From NCBI GenBank assembly GCA_963765495.1, contig CAVXWP010000015.1, positions 1-64,000 on the forward strand: DNA of 64,000 nt. Direction: 5' to 3'. A program made the position numbers and the translations under genes. Of this stretch, positions 58,496 through 64,000 are shown in pieces. The notes beneath the pieces were generated by a model. The model had not been told where the DNA came from and made no database searches. It saw only the letters and a program-made list of their open reading frames with translations. The first letter of the stretch is position 1, and each line of letters begins with the position of its first letter. Source of the DNA: Blastocatellia bacterium (lineage in GTDB: Bacteria > Acidobacteriota > Blastocatellia > UBA7656).

Positions 58496-59368
58496 ATGGG
58501 CAAAGTATACGAAGCGTTGCAACGGGTAGACAATGCGAGCGACCCCGCCGGGAAGCTCCTGAAAGGCGCGCCCGCCCCGGATGAAGAAGAAGTCGAGCGG
58601 TCGCGCGACGGGTTCAATTTTCTGCGGTATTCGCTCGGCGCGCCTTCGATGTTTGAGTCGGAACGCCAGAGACGCGAAACCTCAGCCGTGCTCGCTCAAC
58701 GATCCGAAGCCCTGGCCGCCCGCGAGGTGACGCTCGATCCGGGCCGCGTAGACTCTCATCTGGTCTCTTTCTACAACATAGATCCGCAGGCCACAAATCA
58801 ATACAACAATCTGGCCCTCTCTCTGATCACAAAGGCAGCCGAGCGGCGGCTCAAGCGCGTGCTCATAGCTTCGCCAAACCCTTCCGATGGCCGCACGACG
58901 GTCACGCTCAATCTGGCCTGCGCGCTCGCTCGCGCCCGCCAAAGAGTCCTTGTGATTGATTGCGATCTGGCCGGGCCGTCTACCCTGCGGGCGCTCGGTA
59001 TCGACAGCGACACGGGTATTGCGGAAGTGGCTACGCTTGGCATTTCGCCAAGAGAGGTAACGATAAAGGTTCTGCCCTACGGGTTCAACCTCTTGCCTGC
59101 GTGCGGACCTGTGGAGATGTCGGCGGCTCTATTTACTGCGGCGGGCTTCAAGAGACTGCTGCAAATGTTTAGCGAGGATTATGATTTCATACTTTTCGAT
59201 TCGTCGCCTCTGCTCGTCTCCACGGATGCGAGCCTGCTTGCGCGACTGACGGACACGACTCTGCTGGTCATCCGCGCAGGCACGACCAGCACATCCCAGA
59301 TGGCCAGGGCCGTAGCGCCCTTTACTCAGGAGGATATCTTCGGCGCGGTGATCAATCGCGCCGTGTGA
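58496..59368 (+). CDS. CpsD/CapB-like BY-kinase-family ATPase (degenerate Walker A)
   Basis: MGKVYEAL; SPNPSDGRTT; VIDCD; ILFDSSP; LLVIRAG.T. Confidence 0.82.
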   Translation: MGKVYEALQRVDNASDPAGKLLKGAPAPDEEEVERSRDGFNFLRYSLGAPSMFESERQRRETSAVLAQRSEALAAREVTLDPGRVDSHLVSFYNIDPQATNQYNNLALSLITKAAERRLKRVLIASPNPSDGRTTVTLNLACALARARQRVLVIDCDLAGPSTLRALGIDSDTGIAEVATLGISPREVTIKVLPYGFNLLPACGPVEMSAALFTAAGFKRLLQMFSEDYDFILFDSSPLLVSTDASLLARLTDTTLLVIRAGTTSTSQMARAVAPFTQEDIFGAVINRAV

Positions 59369-59443
59369 TGAAAAAGAGTGTGATGAAGAGACGGGCGCAG
59401 ATTCGCCGCCCCGGATCATTTCACTCAGGTTTCGGAAATACTG

Positions 59444-60484
59444 ATGAAGCAAGCAATGCTCAATATGTTAAAGGCGACGGGCGCATTCGCCCCCTTCCGC
59501 TTTGCCAATCGCAACAAAGCGCTTGTCGTCACATATCACCGCTTCACCCAGACAGAGGAACCTCTGTCCACCTCGGCCCGCGCTTTCAACGAGCAGGTAG
59601 CTTATCTGGCCGAGCATTACCGCATAGTGCCGCTTTCCGATCTGGCCAAATATCTTTCGAGCGGGCGGCGTCTTCCGCCCGGCGTTGCCGCAATCACTAT
59701 TGATGACGGCTATAGCGACGCCTACGAAATCGCATATCCTATCCTGCGCCGCTACGATGTTCCGGCGGCAATCTTCGTAGTGACGGGGTTTGTGGATCGA
59801 ACAAACTGGCTGTGGACCGACAAACTCCGCTACCTCGCGCTGAATGCCAAGGGGGGAGTTGTCGAGGCCACGGTAAATCATTTCGGGCTGCCAGTCGCGC
59901 TCGGCGACAGCGCCTCGCGCCTCGAAGTCGCCAACCACATAAATTCGGTCCTGAAGGCCATTCCCAATTCAGAGAAGGAAGAGGCTATAGGCAGGATCGC
60001 CGCTTCGCTAGGCGTTCAACTGCCTTCCGCGCCGCCTTCGGAATTTTCCGCGCTCACCTGGGATCAGGTGCGCGAGATGGACACCGCAGGGATAGAGATA
60101 GGCTCGCATACGGTCACGCATCCGATCTTGACCAACATCACGCCCGAGCGATTGAGGCTTGAGCTTTGCCAGTCGCGTCTCAGACTCGAAGAGATGCTCT
60201 GCCGCAAGGTGGAACTCTTCTGCTATCCAAACGGCGATTACGATCTGTCGGTGCAGAGCGAGGTCGAGCGCGCCGGATATAAATGCGCGGCCACATCGCG
60301 CCCGGGTTTCAACGATAGTTATACAAGCCCGCTGCTTCTCAAACGCATTCACACCGAGCCCGACATGGTCCATTTCGTTCAGAGCACCAGCGGGTTTGAA
60401 CAGGTAAAGAATAAATTGCGCGGCATCAGCGCAGTTGCCGGGGCCGCGACCGATTTCGAGTACATTTCAGATTTATGGCTATGA
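59444..60484 (+). CDS. Polysaccharide deacetylase (CE4)
   Basis: TYHR, ITIDDGY, IGSHTVTHP, FCYPNG. Confidence 0.9.
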   Translation: MKQAMLNMLKATGAFAPFRFANRNKALVVTYHRFTQTEEPLSTSARAFNEQVAYLAEHYRIVPLSDLAKYLSSGRRLPPGVAAITIDDGYSDAYEIAYPILRRYDVPAAIFVVTGFVDRTNWLWTDKLRYLALNAKGGVVEATVNHFGLPVALGDSASRLEVANHINSVLKAIPNSEKEEAIGRIAASLGVQLPSAPPSEFSALTWDQVREMDTAGIEIGSHTVTHPILTNITPERLRLELCQSRLRLEEMLCRKVELFCYPNGDYDLSVQSEVERAGYKCAATSRPGFNDSYTSPLLLKRIHTEPDMVHFVQSTSGFEQVKNKLRGISAVAGAATDFEYISDLWL

Positions 60485-62016
60485 AGGAAACAGATAATCA
60501 GGGGAATGGGCTGGCCCGCCGGGCGGCGCTTTTGGCCGTGGCAAATGTGGCGGCCTTTGCGCTCGCTTTCCTGTTACCGCTTGTCCTGGTCCGCACGCTC
60601 GATCAGACGGAGTTCGGGCTTTACAAGCAGGCGTTTCAGATCATAGTCACTGCGATCTCGCTGCTCGGATTGCACGTTGCCACAAGCGCCTATTACTTCA
60701 TGCCGCGCTATCCCGACCGCAAGCCGCAGGTGGCGATCAATATACTCATATTTCACTCTGCGGTCGGCGCGGCGGTGGCCCTGCTTTTTGCCCTCTATCC
60801 TGAGTGGGTGACGGCTATCTTCAAAAGCGATGACCTTGTGCCTTACATCCCTCTGATCGGGCTGGCCATATTTCTATGGCTCGTATCGTCGCTGCTTGAA
60901 GTAGTCGCGGTCGCCGACGGTCGCATACGAATGGCTTCCGTCCTGATCGTAGTCGTGCAACTCGTAAAGAGTCTGCTTTTGATCGGAGCGGGGCTGATCT
61001 TCGGCACGATTCACGCGATAGTGGTGGCAGCGGTCATTCAGGGAGCGGCGCAGTGCGTGATACTTTTTGCCTATCTTTACACGCGCTTCGGCAGGTTCTG
61101 GGCCTCGTTCGACAAACCGCTTTTGAAGGCTCAACTGGCAAACGCCCTGCCTTTCGGGTTTGGCGCTCTCGTCTTTGCGACTCAATCGGATTTGAATAAA
61201 TATTTCGTAGCCCATTACTTCGACCCGACAGGATTTGCGATCTATTCGGTCGGATGTTTTCAGATTCCTCTGCTGATGGTGCTCGTAGATTCGGTCTCAA
61301 GCGTGCTGATCCCGGAAGTTGCCCGGCTGGAACTCACGGGCGATTATAAAAGCATAATCATAGTCTGGACCGGAGTGATGCGAAGGCTCTCTCTGTTTTT
61401 CGCGCCGACCTGCGTCTTTCTTTACGTCTGCCGGTACGAGTTCATCACCACGCTGTTTACAACAAAATATATTGATGCCGTGCCCGTCTTTACCGTCAAT
61501 CTCATAGGCGTGATGCTGCTCGTAACGGTGACAGGCCCCGTGCTGCGGGCCTTTGATGAATTCAAATACTTTCGCCTGAAGCTCTATCTGATCCTTATCC
61601 CCGTGACTTCGGCGGCGCTCTATTTCGGAATAAAAGCAGCCGGGCTCTTTGGCGCGATAACGGCGGATGTGTCGGTCCAGTTGCTCGCCATAGCGATAAC
61701 CATGACGGTGATTGCCCGTAAACTCCGCATCACACTCGCCGATCTGCGCTATGTCGCGCCGATACTCAAGACGGCAATCTCCGCCACGGCAGCCGGATTT
61801 CTAGCCTTCACAATCAGGCTTGTGATGACGGAGGCGCACCCGATTGTTACGCTCGCCGTCTGCGCCTCGGCATTCGGATTGGTCTATCTGGCGCTGGCTT
61901 TTATCACCGGCACGGTGACGGATGGAGAGAAGGATGAACTTCGCCGCGCGCTTTTGAAATCTTATCGCCTCGGCGCTTCGTGGAGAAAATTATTGTCGGC
62001 GACCGAAGCCCGGTAA
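60475..62016 (+). CDS. Wzx-like oligosaccharide flippase
   Basis: Many TM segments; LVRTLDQTEFGLY, ALPFG, FAIYSVG. Confidence 0.85.
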   Translation: MAMKETDNQGNGLARRAALLAVANVAAFALAFLLPLVLVRTLDQTEFGLYKQAFQIIVTAISLLGLHVATSAYYFMPRYPDRKPQVAINILIFHSAVGAAVALLFALYPEWVTAIFKSDDLVPYIPLIGLAIFLWLVSSLLEVVAVADGRIRMASVLIVVVQLVKSLLLIGAGLIFGTIHAIVVAAVIQGAAQCVILFAYLYTRFGRFWASFDKPLLKAQLANALPFGFGALVFATQSDLNKYFVAHYFDPTGFAIYSVGCFQIPLLMVLVDSVSSVLIPEVARLELTGDYKSIIIVWTGVMRRLSLFFAPTCVFLYVCRYEFITTLFTTKYIDAVPVFTVNLIGVMLLVTVTGPVLRAFDEFKYFRLKLYLILIPVTSAALYFGIKAAGLFGAITADVSVQLLAIAITMTVIARKLRITLADLRYVAPILKTAISATAAGFLAFTIRLVMTEAHPIVTLAVCASAFGLVYLALAFITGTVTDGEKDELRRALLKSYRLGASWRKLLSATEAR

Positions 62017-62024
62017 CTGGTTTT

Positions 62025-63521
62025 ATGAACGTAAAAGGCAAACAACCAAAGACGGGTCTGTTGATAAGGCGGGCCGCGCCGCGCCCGGAAGCCGCGCCTG
62101 AACCCGTTGAAGTCACGCACGACGAAACCGCGCGCGAAGGCAAGAAGTTCGACGGGCGCGGCTCGCACAGTCTTGCGTTTGCCGGGGTCTATCTGTTTAC
62201 GCTGCTGCTTTACATGCGCCCAAACGATCTGTTCCCGGGCATATTCGGCACGTTTTCAATCGCAAAGATCGTGGCCCTCGTGACGCTTGCCGTTTACGTG
62301 CTGTCGAAGTTCTCAAAGAACGAGCGGCTGACCGCTTTGCCTCTGGAACTGAAGATGCTCGGTTTGATGTTACTGCTCAGCATCATCTTCATGCCTCTGG
62401 CCGCGTCTCCGAAAGACAGCTGGAACATGCTTTCGGATACTTTTCTGAAAGTAGTGACCGTCTTTGTATTGATGATAAATCTGATCGACACGAGAAAGCG
62501 GCTGCGGCTGATCTGGAAACTGGTAGTCGTCTGCGGAGCGGTGCTTGCGATTGACGCGATAAGAAAATATGCCGAAGGGAAATTTTCGACCGCGCCCGAA
62601 GGCGGCGGCACGAGGATAGGCGGGCTGGTCAGCGGGATGTTCGGCAACCCGAATGATCTGGCGACCGCGCTCAACCTTTTGCTGCCGCTCGCGCTCATCT
62701 TGGCCTTCACGAGCAAAGGCTTTGCCCGCCTCTTCTATTTCGCCTGCGCGGGCGTGCTGACGCTCGGCGTCATAAGCACGTTTTCACGCGGAGGCTTTCT
62801 CGGCCTCATAGCGATGGGCGGTCTGCTTTTGTGGAAGGTCGGACGCCACAAGCGCGTGCTCACATTTGCCTCCGCTTTTCTGATGATAGTGGTCTTTATC
62901 TCGATAGTGCCGAGCGGATACGGCGACCGATTGTCAACGATATTCAACATCAAGCAGGACGAGACCGGCTCGGCGCAGGAGCGCAGCGAACTCCTCAACC
63001 GCGCCGCCTCTCTTGCGATGAGACATCCCGTCATCGGACTCGGGATGGGCAACTTTTATATCTACTCGATTCACGACAAGGCCGCGCATAACTCTTATCT
63101 GGAAGTAGCCGCCGAACTCGGTCTTGCGGGGCTTGTGGCTTATCTCGTGATCATCTTTGCGCCGTTTGGATCGCTCAAACGGATCGAGCGCGAGACCGCA
63201 TCCCGTGAAGACTCACGCGAGCTTTATTACATGAGCATAGGGATGCAGGCGGCGCTCGTGGCCTATATAGTCTGTAGCTTTTTCGCATCTATTGAATACC
63301 TCTGGTATCTCTATTATCTCGTGGCTTATGCGGTGGCGATTCGGGGGTTGAGAGAAGCCGCTCAACTGCAAGCGACGGGCCCAGTGAAGCTCGCTGCTAA
63401 CGGGTCGGTATGGAGCGCTCGATTGCAAAGGCCGCGATTCAAGTCCAAAGATCGCGCAACTGACGCGAACCTCTTTGGCCGCCCTCGGGCGCACAGTGCC
63501 GGTGTCAGAGGTCAGGATTAA
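62025..63521 (+). CDS. O-antigen ligase/Wzy-family polymerase
   Basis: FGNPNDLA, TFSRGGFLG, HPVIGLGMGNF, AHNSYLEVAAELG. Confidence 0.87.
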   Translation: MNVKGKQPKTGLLIRRAAPRPEAAPEPVEVTHDETAREGKKFDGRGSHSLAFAGVYLFTLLLYMRPNDLFPGIFGTFSIAKIVALVTLAVYVLSKFSKNERLTALPLELKMLGLMLLLSIIFMPLAASPKDSWNMLSDTFLKVVTVFVLMINLIDTRKRLRLIWKLVVVCGAVLAIDAIRKYAEGKFSTAPEGGGTRIGGLVSGMFGNPNDLATALNLLLPLALILAFTSKGFARLFYFACAGVLTLGVISTFSRGGFLGLIAMGGLLLWKVGRHKRVLTFASAFLMIVVFISIVPSGYGDRLSTIFNIKQDETGSAQERSELLNRAASLAMRHPVIGLGMGNFYIYSIHDKAAHNSYLEVAAELGLAGLVAYLVIIFAPFGSLKRIERETASREDSRELYYMSIGMQAALVAYIVCSFFASIEYLWYLYYLVAYAVAIRGLREAAQLQATGPVKLAANGSVWSARLQRPRFKSKDRATDANLFGRPRAHSAGVRGQD

Positions 63522-63524
63522 GAT

Positions 63525-64000
63525 ATGTGTGGTATAGCGGGAATCTATGAGCCTGAAATGACGATGGGGCCGGTCGAGCGCGATGGTCTGATCAGGCAGA
63601 TGTGCCGGGTGATAGAGCATCGCGGGCCAAACGATGAAGGCTTCTATTTCGGCAACGGCGTGGCGCTCGGCATGCGCCGTCTTTCAATCATCGATCTGGT
63701 GACGGGTCATCAGCCTATCTCGAATGAAGACGGCTCGGTCTGGATTGTCTTTAACGGCGAGATATACAACTACGCCGAGATTCGCGAAATTCTCGTCGCG
63801 CGCGGCCATACATTTCAAACCGGCACCGACACGGAGGTGATCGTTCACCTCTACGAAGACGAAGGCGAGGCTTGCGTAGAGAGGCTGCGCGGGATGTTCG
63901 CCTTTGCCATCTGGGACAGCCGTGAAGGCAAGCTTTTCGTAGCGCGCGACCGCGTAGGCGTAAAGCCCTTGCACTATTGCATGGTGGGCAGCGCTTTTCT
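63525..64000 (+). CDS. asnB: Asparagine synthase (glutamine-hydrolysing)-family amidotransferase, 3'-truncated by the window edge; absent from the ORF track
   Basis: MCGIAG, HRGPND, RRLSIIDL, QP, FNGEIYN, DTEV, LRGMFAFAIWD, ARDRVGVKPL. Confidence 0.93.
   Translation, partial: MCGIAGIYEPEMTMGPVERDGLIRQMCRVIEHRGPNDEGFYFGNGVALGMRRLSIIDLVTGHQPISNEDGSVWIVFNGEIYNYAEIREILVARGHTFQTGTDTEVIVHLYEDEGEACVERLRGMFAFAIWDSREGKLFVARDRVGVKPLHYCMVGSAF

Overview
Bacterial chromosomal window, most likely Acidobacteriota (Blastocatellia-like; inferred from gene content such as the acidobacterial-type VWA protein). Bases 1-~6.6 kb are the right end of an element integrated at tRNA-Ala(GGC). It encodes a frameshifted primase-polymerase, a single-chain type IIB topoisomerase (Topo VI B-A fusion, Topo VIII-like), an excisionase and a tyrosine integrase. 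At 9-17 kb there is an ECF sigma / soluble zinc anti-sigma / TPR-CHAT caspase-like protease / secreted subtilase module. Housekeeping genes follow (gmhB, recN, comEC, ABC exporter pair, trmFO, hemF), then an exopolysaccharide locus from ~43 kb to the end with a giant secreted FN3/propeller protein under a c-di-GMP-I riboswitch. The most striking non-genic signals are: (i) several families of inverted short-tandem-repeat (mostly 7-mer) hairpin elements that sit at gene ends, supply stop codons, apparently supply one signal peptide, and in one case lie inside the P3 stem of the riboswitch; (ii) a sigma54-promoter-to-terminator multi-hairpin candidate sRNA at ~33.1-33.4 kb. All calls come from reading motifs by eye; no searches or folding programs were run.
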